The notes under the pieces are model-generated. The model ran no database searches. It was not told the DNA's origin and saw only the letters and a list, made by a program, of their open reading frames with translations. DNA of 64,000 nucleotides from Pseudomonadota bacterium (lineage in GTDB: Bacteria; Desulfobacterota; Syntrophia; Syntrophales; UBA8958): positions 30,561-94,560 of the forward strand of contig JASGUC010000004.1 of the NCBI GenBank assembly GCA_030057915.1, written 5' to 3'. The position numbers were made by a program, and so were the translations under genes. This document shows positions 9,432-19,393 of the stretch, one piece after another (the first letter of the stretch is position 1; each line of letters begins with the position of its first letter).

Positions 9432-10777
9432 GAAAAAATGTCCTGATTGCGGTCAGTATTGGAACTCACTTCATAGAGTTATCCCGTGTCGCACGCCTGC
9501 TGAAAGAATCTGACAGATATAATCCAGTTATCTTTTTTCAATACGGGTATAATTCACTTGATCGCGATGTCAGAGTTTGTTCTGAAGAAGGTTGGCAGTA
9601 CTTGGCGCCGCCGAAGAAAGGCAAGAGCCAGAAGCGATTTAGAAGAATCCTTTTACGTTTTACACCTCCCACCCTGCTGTTTCCTCTGCTCTTGTCATGG
9701 AAGCTTGTCGAATACCGATATCAAAGCTATCAGGCTGACCTCTTGCTTGACGAATACAAGCCCGCATTGATGGTGTCATCCGAAGATGTCTATTTGTACA
9801 TTCTGATAAAAACGGCAAGCGCCCGGATGATTCCCTCCGTAATCATTCCGTTTACAATCGCCAACGCCCGAGAACCCGCCGAGGCCTACTTTGACAGGCA
9901 GGACCACATCGTTTCCGCAAGTGTGATAAACAAACTGGTTGCCTGGAAATATCCCCAGTGGGTTTATAATCACCGAGGCAGGAAGCTGCTGCGCAATCCG
10001 GCTTATGATATCGTTGCCATCGAATATTTGGGTTTTGCACCGAACAGCCCCTGGACCTATAATTCTGAAGGTATAGTCATCGCGGCAGAAAATGATTTTA
10101 TGTTACAATATTATAGAAAAGAGGGCTTGGCTCCGGAACGGATGGTTATGACGGGGGCGCTTTATGACGATCTGCTCGTGAAAGTCTGCAAGGATGCGGA
10201 CAGACGCCGAAAGGTCCTTTACAGGGAGCTTGAACTACCCTCAGACCGCCCTCTCCTCTTGTGTGCCCTGCCTCCGAGTCAGTTCCCGAGGAAATGCGAG
10301 TTTCGCGATTATGAACAACTGGTTGGTTTCTGGATGCAGGCATTGGCCTCGCTTTCTGGATGGAACATTGTCGTGCGTCCTCATCCCCGGATGACTGACG
10401 AGGAAATCGAGCCTCTGAGAAAATTCGGTCTGGCAATAACCAAGCGTGATACCGCTTCTTTGGTTCCCCTTTGCAGCATCTATGTGGCCAGCGTTTCGGC
10501 TACCATTCGCTGGGCCATCGCCTGCGGTATCCCGGTGGTGAATTACGATGTGTATCGGATGAATTACGAGGATTATAACGAAGTCGGAGGCGTTGTCACG
10601 GTTGATGATAGGATGTCTTTCTTGTCGGCGATGCGTCGTTTGACAACAGATACTGATTACTATGAAACCGTAGCTGATTTGCAGCGAAGATCTATGGATC
10701 AATGGGGAAAACTTGATGGTAGGTCGGGAGAACGGATGCTGAAACTATTCGATAGCATTATCCAAGAGAACCGCTAA
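9428..10777 (+). CDS. Unassigned two-Rossmann (GT-B-like) polysaccharide biosynthesis protein, paralog B
   Basis: 449 aa, paralog of 5880-7376 (see that entry). ATGA overlap with the upstream gene. Confidence 0.6.
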   Translation: MRKNVLIAVSIGTHFIELSRVARLLKESDRYNPVIFFQYGYNSLDRDVRVCSEEGWQYLAPPKKGKSQKRFRRILLRFTPPTLLFPLLLSWKLVEYRYQSYQADLLLDEYKPALMVSSEDVYLYILIKTASARMIPSVIIPFTIANAREPAEAYFDRQDHIVSASVINKLVAWKYPQWVYNHRGRKLLRNPAYDIVAIEYLGFAPNSPWTYNSEGIVIAAENDFMLQYYRKEGLAPERMVMTGALYDDLLVKVCKDADRRRKVLYRELELPSDRPLLLCALPPSQFPRKCEFRDYEQLVGFWMQALASLSGWNIVVRPHPRMTDEEIEPLRKFGLAITKRDTASLVPLCSIYVASVSATIRWAIACGIPVVNYDVYRMNYEDYNEVGGVVTVDDRMSFLSAMRRLTTDTDYYETVADLQRRSMDQWGKLDGRSGERMLKLFDSIIQENR

Positions 10778-10820
10778 TTGGCTTGAGCAAGATTTTAAAC
10801 AAAAAAGATTTTCAAAAGCA

Positions 10821-12233
10821 ATGATATTTATAATTGTATGCAATGCAACATTTTTATCATTATATTTTTTATTGGAAAATTTTTCCTTCTATCCAATAAT
10901 TATATCCTCTTACATTGGTGGTTTGATAATTATTGCATTAGGTTTAGCTTCATTAAACAAGAACCATCCTGTTGCGAAGATATTCGTAAATTTTCAACTT
11001 TCCCTGTTTATTTTTTCCATTCTGTGTATTTTACTTGATATATTCTTTTATTTTTCTCCGGGTGTATTTCCCATAACTATTCGTAATCTAAAGGATACAG
11101 CTTCTCTTGAAGAACTGCGGCAACAGGTTGTAGAATATCTGCCTTATAGCCCTTATGCAAAGCTCAAGCCAAATGTTTCCGTGAAAGTGCCTGGATACTA
11201 TGGTCCTGATACAGATTTTGTTTATGAATGGAAGACGGATTCCCGTGGATTTAAAAATATGGCGAATGTTGCTCAACTTGATCAGGTTCCTATTGTAGTT
11301 GTTGGTGACAGTTTTACCGAGGGTCTGGGTGTCCGGACAGAAGATACTTGGCCGTCGTTATTGACAAAAAAAGGATTTATAACCTATTCTTTAGGTGTTC
11401 AAGGATATGCGCCTACACAAATGGCAGGAGCATATGACCATTACGGCGTCCCTCTGAAACCAAACTGGGTTGTTATTGGTTACTTGGGGGGAGTGTACCA
11501 ACGGGAAGCTTTCTTTCTGAAAAATGAGGAACAGATAATAAATGAGAAGAAATTTCCAAGCGCAATCGGTAGGCTTGTTGACCAGGACATAACGACTGCT
11601 CGTTCGAGAGAGATCAAAAAGCAATATAAATTCGTAATTACAGCAGTTATGGCATTTATGAGGTGGCAGTGGTCGGGAGGGTTAAAGGGAGGAGTTGCCA
11701 ATCCAGATGAAGATGCTCGCTTCATGTCGGAATCCGAATTGAAACCAAATGAATTAATCCGCATAGGGGCGATGCAGAGATATAGGAGTGAGATTTTTAG
11801 CGTTCGACAGGTAAAACAATCTTCCGCGAAGCTGGAGAATGAGCCTGAATGGAAACAAACATTAACCAAATTCTCTAATATTATTAATGAGGCCCATTCA
11901 ACCGGAGCCAAAGTTGTAATCGTCATGTTTAGATTTCGAGGAGGCATGTATTACGAAAAAGCTACAGGTCAGCAAGTACCTTCAGATTATCTTGAGAATA
12001 TAGAGAGATTGCATTTACAGGAATTCTGCAAGCAAAAGGGGGTCATGTTCCTCGATACAGCAAAGAAAATAAGACCATATGTGGCGAAATTAGATGAAAA
12101 CACCCCTATCAGTGAATACCCGTATTTACGATATGATGGCCACCCGAGTCCTAAAGGACATGAAATAATAGCGGAACAATTAGCCGAGTTTTTTCAGGCG
12201 CAGAAAAATCATTCAAAAACATCTAATAATTAG
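10821..12233 (+). CDS. Membrane-anchored SGNH/GDSL-family hydrolase or O-acetyltransferase
   Basis: About 3 N-terminal TM helices, block I VVVGDSFTEGLGV and block V YLRYDGHPSPKGHEIIAEQL (DxxH). Confidence 0.7.
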   Translation: MIFIIVCNATFLSLYFLLENFSFYPIIISSYIGGLIIIALGLASLNKNHPVAKIFVNFQLSLFIFSILCILLDIFFYFSPGVFPITIRNLKDTASLEELRQQVVEYLPYSPYAKLKPNVSVKVPGYYGPDTDFVYEWKTDSRGFKNMANVAQLDQVPIVVVGDSFTEGLGVRTEDTWPSLLTKKGFITYSLGVQGYAPTQMAGAYDHYGVPLKPNWVVIGYLGGVYQREAFFLKNEEQIINEKKFPSAIGRLVDQDITTARSREIKKQYKFVITAVMAFMRWQWSGGLKGGVANPDEDARFMSESELKPNELIRIGAMQRYRSEIFSVRQVKQSSAKLENEPEWKQTLTKFSNIINEAHSTGAKVVIVMFRFRGGMYYEKATGQQVPSDYLENIERLHLQEFCKQKGVMFLDTAKKIRPYVAKLDENTPISEYPYLRYDGHPSPKGHEIIAEQLAEFFQAQKNHSKTSNN

Positions 12234-12268
12234 TTCTACTTAAAAGCATCATGCATTCAGGTGAAAAA

Positions 12269-13285
12269 ATGAAAACATTGATAATCGGCGCCGGGCGGAT
12301 GGGCCGTCGGCATATTCAGGTCGTCCGTGATTTGGGGTTGAAGTTATCCGGCATCTGCGATCTGAATCCGGAAGCCTTGAACCTGGCGAAGGCGGAGTAC
12401 AGCCTTTCGGATGAACTGTTGTTTGCCGATGTTCAATCGATGTTTAAAGAAATATCGCCGGACTGCGTGATCGTGGCTACGACAGCGCCTACGCACTGCG
12501 ATTACGCCTGTCTGGCCGCAATGGCGGGCGCCGGGTATGTCTTTTGTGAAAAGCCCATGGCTGTGTCCCTTGAGGAATGTGATCGGATGATAGATCTGTG
12601 TGCCCGCAAGGGGGCGAAACTGGCGGTTAATCACCAGATGCGTTTTATGGAGCAGTACCGGGAGCCCAAGCGGATTGTCGAATCGGAAGAATTCGGCGGG
12701 TTATCCAGCATTACCGTTATTGCCGGGAATTTCGGTCTGGCCATGAACGGGACGCACTATTTTGAAATGTTCCGCTTCCTGTGCGAGGAACCTCCCGTGG
12801 AAGTGGCTGCCTGGTTCTCTCCCGGAAAGGTGCCGAATCCCCGGGGGCCGCAGTTTGAAGACCGGGCTGGTTCGGTTCGCCTGGCGTCGAAGTCGGGGAA
12901 ACGTTTTTATATGGAAGTAAATGCCGACCAAGGCCATGGTGTACAAGTGTTGTATGCCGGTCCTTACGGACAATTGACAGTGGATGAATTAGCGGGAAAT
13001 ATGCGATTGATCGTTCGGGATGCGGAATATCGTGATTTGCCTTCCACCCGTTACGGGATGCCGGCCCGGGAGCAACACTTCAAGATAGAGCCGGCCGATG
13101 TCATCGGCCCGTCCCGTGCCGTTTTACAGGCGCTTTTAAATGGGGACAATTTCCCGACCGGCGAAGATGGCCGGTTGGCCGTGTCCGTGCTGGTGGGGGC
13201 CTATGTTTCCCATGAAGAGGGCCATCGTCCGGTACGGATAAATGAAGAGACGCTGCCGCATAAAAGGGTTTTTCCATGGGCATGA
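12269..13285 (+). CDS. Gfo/Idh/MocA-family NAD(P)-dependent oxidoreductase
   Basis: MKTLIIGAGRMGRRHIQ Rossmann N-terminus and the EKPMA motif (FCEKPMAVSLEE). Start trimmed from 12251 to ATG 12269. Confidence 0.8.
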   Translation: MKTLIIGAGRMGRRHIQVVRDLGLKLSGICDLNPEALNLAKAEYSLSDELLFADVQSMFKEISPDCVIVATTAPTHCDYACLAAMAGAGYVFCEKPMAVSLEECDRMIDLCARKGAKLAVNHQMRFMEQYREPKRIVESEEFGGLSSITVIAGNFGLAMNGTHYFEMFRFLCEEPPVEVAAWFSPGKVPNPRGPQFEDRAGSVRLASKSGKRFYMEVNADQGHGVQVLYAGPYGQLTVDELAGNMRLIVRDAEYRDLPSTRYGMPAREQHFKIEPADVIGPSRAVLQALLNGDNFPTGEDGRLAVSVLVGAYVSHEEGHRPVRINEETLPHKRVFPWA

Positions 13286-13286
13286 G

Positions 13287-14009
13287 ATGAAGCGGATAGA
13301 TTTTGCGGCGTCCCATTTGGCATGGCTGACGAAAAAGGAAAGAAGTTATGGTCGCTTTCAAATTGAAGCCGTATGCACTGTCCTTGCAGATCTTCAGGGC
13401 GCCGAGGAGACATTTTGCCTGGCGGCGGCGGTTGTGGCAGGAAATGTCTATGCGGAAAAAGATCTAATAAAGATCCCCCCTTACCTTTTTCAAATTGTCG
13501 CATCAAAAGATAGGCATGTGATATTTAGGACCTCTATTCCCCAACTCGGTCATCATGGTAGCGTCGGCGCTAACGGGGAGTTATTTGCTGAGATGTCGCT
13601 ATGTCTTAAAGAGAGGGAAGCTGTTGTCCTGGATGATTTTGATTATATCGAGGCGGCGGTAAGAAAAGGGGCGGCCCTGTCGGCCCGTATATGCCGTGAA
13701 AAGAGTTCCGTCGGTAAAATTGACATCGAGTTTCCCATCAAGCATATCAATATCAGGAAGGAAACGAGGTTATTCCAGGTAGAAACCGGGCCGATTGCAG
13801 TAATTTCCGAGAGATCAGAAGCCGACGTTCCGTCTCTCGGGTTGGGATTGGTCTTCCAAACGGCTTTTGTACACTTTAATCGCCTGGATAGAGCTGAATT
13901 GGCGATCCATGCACCCGTAAAAGTCGGCAGGGAAGTGGTCTATGCTTTTACAGAGATACAGAAGATCGAAGCCGATATTCAAATAATGGCGGATATGGAT
14001 TGCAAATGA
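13287..14009 (+). CDS. Hypothetical protein (no recognisable motif)
   Basis: 240-aa ORF. ATG 13287 lies just after the stop of the upstream gene. Coding-like composition and operon position between two oxidoreductase genes. Confidence 0.5.
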   Translation: MKRIDFAASHLAWLTKKERSYGRFQIEAVCTVLADLQGAEETFCLAAAVVAGNVYAEKDLIKIPPYLFQIVASKDRHVIFRTSIPQLGHHGSVGANGELFAEMSLCLKEREAVVLDDFDYIEAAVRKGAALSARICREKSSVGKIDIEFPIKHINIRKETRLFQVETGPIAVISERSEADVPSLGLGLVFQTAFVHFNRLDRAELAIHAPVKVGREVVYAFTEIQKIEADIQIMADMDCK

Positions 14010-14028
14010 AGAATATTTCGGAAAGGAC

Positions 14029-14994
14029 ATGATCCTCATGGCAGGGGAAAAGACATGCCAGGTGGCGATTATCGGGGCCGGATATATGGCTGGCGAACAT
14101 ATCCGGGCTTTTCAAGACATCCCCGGGGTGCGTATCACAGGCATTCAAAGCCGTACAAAGGCGCGGGCTGAAGGAATCGCCGCACAATTCGGAATAGCGC
14201 ATGTTTGTGACTCCATTGAAGAATTGTATCATGTAACTCAGGCCGATCTCGTAATCGTCACGGTGCCGGAGTTGGAGATGAACGGGGTAAGCCGCGCCTG
14301 TTTTAAGTATCCCTGGGTGGTGCTGCTGGAAAAGCCAGCCGGATATAACCTCGCCGATGCCCAAGAGATAGAAGTGGCGGCGAGGTCAGCGCATAGTAGG
14401 GTTTTCGTGGCGCTGAATCGTCGTCATTACTCGAGCACCCAGGCCGTCATAGAAGACCTGCAGGGGTTGTCGGGCCCACGCTTCATTCGCGTGGAAGATC
14501 AGGAGGATCAGATACGCGCCCTGGAGGCCGGACAACCGAAACAGGTGGTGGATAACTGGATGTATGCAAATTCTATCCATGTGATCGATTATTTTTTGCT
14601 TATGGGCCGGGGAGAGGTATCCGCCGTGGAGCCCATTGTGCCCTGGCACCCTGACCTGCCGCACTTTGTAGCGGCTAAAATAACATTCGATTCCGGTGAT
14701 GTCGGTCTGTACGAATCCGTATGGAACAGGCCGGGTCCGTGGGCCGTAAGTGTGAGTACGCCGGAAAAACGCTGGGAGATGAGGCCGCTGGAGCAGGCAG
14801 CTTATCAGGATGCGGGGCAACGGAAAATGGTATGTATCGAACCCCACCCTTGGGATCTTCAATTTAAGGCCGGCCTGCGCTTACAGGCAGAGAAAGCCGT
14901 CGCGGCAACTCGGGGCGAGGTTGCAGATTTGCCGACCCTTGAGGAATCTCTAAAAGTGATGCGCCTGGTAAGTGATATTTACAAGCCCCAGTGA
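14029..14994 (+). CDS. Gfo/Idh/MocA-family oxidoreductase
   Basis: CQVAIIGAGYMAGEHIRAF Rossmann motif and LLEKPAGYNLADA (EKP motif). Confidence 0.8.
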   Translation: MILMAGEKTCQVAIIGAGYMAGEHIRAFQDIPGVRITGIQSRTKARAEGIAAQFGIAHVCDSIEELYHVTQADLVIVTVPELEMNGVSRACFKYPWVVLLEKPAGYNLADAQEIEVAARSAHSRVFVALNRRHYSSTQAVIEDLQGLSGPRFIRVEDQEDQIRALEAGQPKQVVDNWMYANSIHVIDYFLLMGRGEVSAVEPIVPWHPDLPHFVAAKITFDSGDVGLYESVWNRPGPWAVSVSTPEKRWEMRPLEQAAYQDAGQRKMVCIEPHPWDLQFKAGLRLQAEKAVAATRGEVADLPTLEESLKVMRLVSDIYKPQ

Positions 14995-16439
14995 ATGTTC
15001 CGGAAACGACGGCAAGGTGGACTTGCCTATCTGAACATGAAGTTGCATCCCTCTTACGGGAAGTGGAGCTTAAGTATGACTTGTTTCGACATGAAGTGGA
15101 TGGCTACAGTGCCTGGCGACTACTGAGATTCTGGTTTGCCGATAGCCTGCAAAATCTTCCCCTTCAAGGCGCTCTTCCAAAGTGGCGTCTTTTTGGATGG
15201 TTAGCCTACCATTGTATAAGAGATCTGCAAAAATTCATTTTTCCCAAGCAAGCGCGTTATGTTGTAAAGACATGTGCGTCCGCCCTCAATGAAAAACGGG
15301 ATGGCTACTGGAAGGACATCTACTTCGACGATATCCTCGAAGAGATTGGCAATTGCTTCAAAATGGATGTCCTCAACAGCCCCCTTTTCTTTGGGAGGCG
15401 TAAACGCGCCCTTATCCCGATATCCGTATCAACTTCTCTGCCCGATCTTATTTCTTCCCTTCTTGCTGCCATCGGGATCCCCAAAGGTATTTCGCAAGTT
15501 ACCCGCGCCATAAAGAAAGATTTGTCATTTACTCCGGGTTTGCCTCCGTTCAACGACGTTGCCGCTGCCTTCCGTTTGCGCCGTTTCTACTGGGCAAAAC
15601 GACTTTATCGATGGCTGCTCAAGCGCGTAAATCCAAGATATGTGTTGTATGAGGATACCGGATCATTTTCCCTGTGTGCGGCGGCGCAGGAACTGGGCAT
15701 CAAGGCCATAGAGTTTCAACATGGCGTTTTCGGTCGGCACCACCCCGCTGTGCTGCCTGCCTGGGCATTGCCGTATAAAGAGAAACTCATCGTTCAGGAC
15801 AAATTATTTCTATATGGTGAATACTGGAAATCAGAAATCGCCGCCAACGGGTTTTACGGAGATGAACTGTGCGCCGTTGGTAGCGCCAGGTTGGATCGAT
15901 ATCGGATTAAAAGGAAAGAATGCAAGTCAAAAGACAAGCTCGGCGGGCCATGCAAGCTTCTCGTTACCACTCAGGGGTTTGCCCTTTACGAACTTGTCGG
16001 CATGCTTTCCCGCTTTCTTTCCCTGGTTCCTAAGGAATTGGATTACCGATTGTTCATCAAACTTCACCCAATCAATGAGCGGGATGTTTACGTCTATGAA
16101 ACGCTTTATCGTGGCAATGACCGTGTCAAGGTATTTTTGGGTACGGAATCGCCTTCTACGTTCGATCTACTTGCCGAGGCGGATTTGCATCTCAGCATAT
16201 CCTCGGCCTGTCATTATGATGCCCTGGGCTTGGGAGTGCCTACCGTCGTACTGGCCCTGCCAAATCATGAAATTGTTATGCATCTGGTTGTTTCCCGCCA
16301 GGCGAGAATCGCGGCAACTCCCGAAGAGATTATTGATATTGTTAAGGAATGCCGTAGTATAACTGTCCCTCCGGATGTCAGCGCCTCTTATTTTCTTCCG
16401 GAGGCCTTGCCAAGAATAAAGGCGGAACTTGCCGTCTGA
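14991..16439 (+). CDS. Hypothetical protein, possible GT-B-like or capsule-type transferase
   Basis: 482 aa with a GTG start overlapping the upstream stop (GTGA). C-terminal KLHPINERD...ADLHLSISSACHYDALGLGVPTVVL resembles the nucleotide-sugar-binding half of GT-B enzymes and of ORFs 5880 and 9428. Confidence 0.5.
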   Translation: MNVPETTARWTCLSEHEVASLLREVELKYDLFRHEVDGYSAWRLLRFWFADSLQNLPLQGALPKWRLFGWLAYHCIRDLQKFIFPKQARYVVKTCASALNEKRDGYWKDIYFDDILEEIGNCFKMDVLNSPLFFGRRKRALIPISVSTSLPDLISSLLAAIGIPKGISQVTRAIKKDLSFTPGLPPFNDVAAAFRLRRFYWAKRLYRWLLKRVNPRYVLYEDTGSFSLCAAAQELGIKAIEFQHGVFGRHHPAVLPAWALPYKEKLIVQDKLFLYGEYWKSEIAANGFYGDELCAVGSARLDRYRIKRKECKSKDKLGGPCKLLVTTQGFALYELVGMLSRFLSLVPKELDYRLFIKLHPINERDVYVYETLYRGNDRVKVFLGTESPSTFDLLAEADLHLSISSACHYDALGLGVPTVVLALPNHEIVMHLVVSRQARIAATPEEIIDIVKECRSITVPPDVSASYFLPEALPRIKAELAV

Positions 16440-16454
16440 TTTGTCTATGGGAAT

Positions 16455-17720
16455 ATGCATATCTGGGTCATAACGGTTGGAGAGCCGGTACCAGTAGATG
16501 TGAACAGTCGTGATCGCCCGCACCGGACCGGCTTGCTAACCAGAAGCCTGGAAAGACGGGGGATAAGAACAACCTGGTGGACATCGTCTTTCGATCACTT
16601 TCGCAAGAAGCATCTAGCATCGGACCATTCCCTTATCAAGCTCGGACCGCTGTTGACCATAAGAATGCTCCGCGGATGCGGATATAGTACAAATATATCC
16701 CTGTCGCGATTGAGGGACCACCGTCAACTTGCCGTTCACTTCGCCCGAGAAGCGGAAAACTCGGAGCCGCCAGGGGTCATCATCTCCGCCTGGCCCACGA
16801 TCGAATTGAGCACTGCGGCGGTGCAATACGGCAAGAGGCACAATGTTCCCGTCATTCTCGACATGAGAGACATGTGGCCGGATATATTCATTGAATCGTT
16901 GCCACCAGGTTTCCGCTATCCAGGGAAGATATTGCTGAAGAGGTTGTTCCGGGAAGCCTCGCGTACCTGTGCTGCTGCCGCCGCTGTTACGGGTATTACG
17001 GATGCGTTCGTTGACTGGGGAGTAAGGAAGGCAGGAAGAAAGAGAACAGTCCGGGATATTTCTTTCCCCATGGGTTATCCCAAAGAGGACTTTTCCAAAG
17101 ATGAAATAAGGGAAGCGGAATCATTTTGGGACGATTTAGGTATCTACGCCGGGAAGGGATTCGTTGCATGTTTTTTGGGGAGCTTCGGGAGACAACTGGA
17201 TGTTGAATGCCTGATCCAGGCTGCGCGCATCCTTAAGAACCGGAGGCGGTCCATAAAATTTGTTCTCTGCGGAGCCGGCGACTATCTGGAAAGGTATCGA
17301 CGGATGGCGGACGATGTTCCCGAGGTCATTTTCCCGGGGTGGATAGACGCCGCGACAATGCATGTTCTGATGCGGCGGTCATCCGTTGGATTGGACCCTC
17401 TGCCGAACCGCTACGATTTCCTCGCGACTATAAACAACAAGGCTATTGAATATATGAGTGCAGGGCTGCCAGTGATTTCCAGTCCCCGAAATGGTGTGTT
17501 GCATGACTTGTTGAAAAGAAAAGCCTGTGGCGCCGGATATGCTTCCGGAAATGCCGAGGAATTGGCAACCCTATTGAGTGCTATCAGAGACTCACCTGAC
17601 CAACTGAAAACATGGTCGCGCAATGCCGCGGCACTTTTTGAAGAAACATTTGTTGCGGAAAAGGTTTACGATCGGATGTCCGCATATTTGGAGGACTTTG
17701 CAACATCGGTGAATCCTTGA
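16455..17720 (+). CDS. Glycosyltransferase family 4 (GT-B, Glycos_transf_1-type)
   Basis: N-terminal MHIWVITVGEPVP and a C-terminal FPGWID...NNKAIEYMSAGLPVISS EX7E-like region. Confidence 0.8.
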   Translation: MHIWVITVGEPVPVDVNSRDRPHRTGLLTRSLERRGIRTTWWTSSFDHFRKKHLASDHSLIKLGPLLTIRMLRGCGYSTNISLSRLRDHRQLAVHFAREAENSEPPGVIISAWPTIELSTAAVQYGKRHNVPVILDMRDMWPDIFIESLPPGFRYPGKILLKRLFREASRTCAAAAAVTGITDAFVDWGVRKAGRKRTVRDISFPMGYPKEDFSKDEIREAESFWDDLGIYAGKGFVACFLGSFGRQLDVECLIQAARILKNRRRSIKFVLCGAGDYLERYRRMADDVPEVIFPGWIDAATMHVLMRRSSVGLDPLPNRYDFLATINNKAIEYMSAGLPVISSPRNGVLHDLLKRKACGAGYASGNAEELATLLSAIRDSPDQLKTWSRNAAALFEETFVAEKVYDRMSAYLEDFATSVNP

Positions 17721-17759
17721 CTGCTAAATGGCTATGAATGCGGATAATTTTTCCACGTC

Positions 17760-18419
17760 GTGAAAAGATTGTTCGACATATGTGTTTCCTTGGGCGGCCT
17801 CTTGCTTTTAAGTCCAATGATTGCCGCTGTTGCCTCGATTATTAGAAAAGACGGCGGCCCCGTTTTCTACCGGGGGGAACGAACTGGCCTGTATGGGAAG
17901 CCCTTTAGGATTTACAAGTTCCGCACGATGGTCGTCGATGCGGAGAAGGTCGGCGGCGCTTCCACGGCGGATGACGACGCCCGCATTACCTCCGTCGGCA
18001 AATTTCTTCGTAAATACAAGCTTGACGAGACGCCCCAACTCATCAACGTCCTCAAGGGGGAGATGAGCATCGTCGGGCCCAGACCGGAGGTGAAGCGTTA
18101 TACGGACATGTTTTCCGATGAGGAAAAGGCCATCTTGACGGTCCGCCCCGGGATCACCGATTGGGCCTCCATCTGGAACGCCGACGAGGGGGCCGTTCTG
18201 GCGGGCGCGGCGGATCCCGATCTTGCCTACCTGGAGCTTATCCGGCCAATGAAATTGAAATTGCAGTTGAAGTATGTTAGGGAGCGTTCTTTCTGGGTGG
18301 ATCTGAAGATCATCTTCCTGACCCTGCTGGCGGTCGTTCAACCGGAAAGCCAGGCGGTGCGGGAGATGAGAAGGGGGCATGAGATGACGATTGCCACGGG
18401 CGTTGAGGGGAAGAGGTGA
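17760..18419 (+). CDS. Small monotopic phosphoglycosyl transferase (PglC/WbaP C-terminal-type bacterial sugar transferase)
   Basis: KRLFDICVSLGGLLLLSPMIAAVASIIRKDGGPVFYRGERTGLYGKPFRIYKFRTM and DETPQLINVLKGEMSIVGPRP hallmarks. GTG start. Confidence 0.9.
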   Translation: MKRLFDICVSLGGLLLLSPMIAAVASIIRKDGGPVFYRGERTGLYGKPFRIYKFRTMVVDAEKVGGASTADDDARITSVGKFLRKYKLDETPQLINVLKGEMSIVGPRPEVKRYTDMFSDEEKAILTVRPGITDWASIWNADEGAVLAGAADPDLAYLELIRPMKLKLQLKYVRERSFWVDLKIIFLTLLAVVQPESQAVREMRRGHEMTIATGVEGKR

Positions 18420-19393
18420 AATACAGGCGCGAACTCCTGAAGGAGCTTTACCTTCGCATGCTGCGGATTCGCCTTTGTGAGGAAGCCTTTGTGGAACCCA
18501 TCCTCACCGGTGAGGTCCGCTGTCCCTGCCATCTGTACAGCGGCGAGGAAGGGGTCGCCGTGGGTGTCTGCGCGGCCCTGACGGAACGGGATTACGTCTT
18601 CGGCAATCATCGTTCCCATGGCCATTACCTTGCCAAGGGCGGGTCGCTACCGGAGATGGTGGCGGAGATTTACTGTCGTGAGAACGGCTGTTCCCGGGGC
18701 CGGGGCGGTTCCATGCACCTCATCGCCCCGGAGGCGGGCATGCTGGGGGCGGCGCCGATCGTCGCGGGGACGGTCTCCCTGGCCCTGGGCGCCGCCCTGG
18801 CGTCGGCCATCAGGAGGGATGGCCGGGTGGCCGTGAGCTTTTTCGGCGACGGGGCCACGGGCGAGGGGGCGCTTCACGAAAGCATGAATTTTGCCGCCCT
18901 GAGGAAGCTGCCGATTATTTTCGCTTGCGAAAACAATTACTACGCCACTCACATGCCGGTCCGGGAATGTCGAGTCGATCGGCATATCTTTGAGATCGCG
19001 ACGCCCTTCGGCATCGAAAGCCGGCAGGTGGAGGGCAACGACGTCCTGGCCGTTTATGACGCCGCAACCGCGGCGGTGGAGAAGTGCCGTCAGGGCGCCG
19101 GTCCCGTATTTCTCGAATTTCTGACCTATCGTTACCGGGGGCATGTGGGCCCGGACGACAATATCCAGGGGGAGCATACGGATATCCGTCCTCCGGAGGA
19201 AATCGACGCCTGGATGAAAAAGGACCCCCTGGCGCTGCTTGGCGACTATCTTCTGGCACAGGGGCTTTTTTCTCCCGGGGAATTGGACGGCATAAGGACG
19301 GAAGTCGAGGCGGAGGTAAGAGAGGCGTTCATTTTTGCCAGGGCCAGCGCCCACCCCAAGACAGAGGAATTGGAGAGATATGTCTTCGCATAG
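18416..19393 (+). CDS. TPP-dependent 2-oxoacid dehydrogenase/decarboxylase E1 component, alpha subunit
   Basis: TPP motif FFGDGATGEGALHESMNFAALRKLPIIFACENNYYA. The GTG start overlaps the transferase stop (GTGA). Confidence 0.88.
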   Translation: MKYRRELLKELYLRMLRIRLCEEAFVEPILTGEVRCPCHLYSGEEGVAVGVCAALTERDYVFGNHRSHGHYLAKGGSLPEMVAEIYCRENGCSRGRGGSMHLIAPEAGMLGAAPIVAGTVSLALGAALASAIRRDGRVAVSFFGDGATGEGALHESMNFAALRKLPIIFACENNYYATHMPVRECRVDRHIFEIATPFGIESRQVEGNDVLAVYDAATAAVEKCRQGAGPVFLEFLTYRYRGHVGPDDNIQGEHTDIRPPEEIDAWMKKDPLALLGDYLLAQGLFSPGELDGIRTEVEAEVREAFIFARASAHPKTEELERYVFA

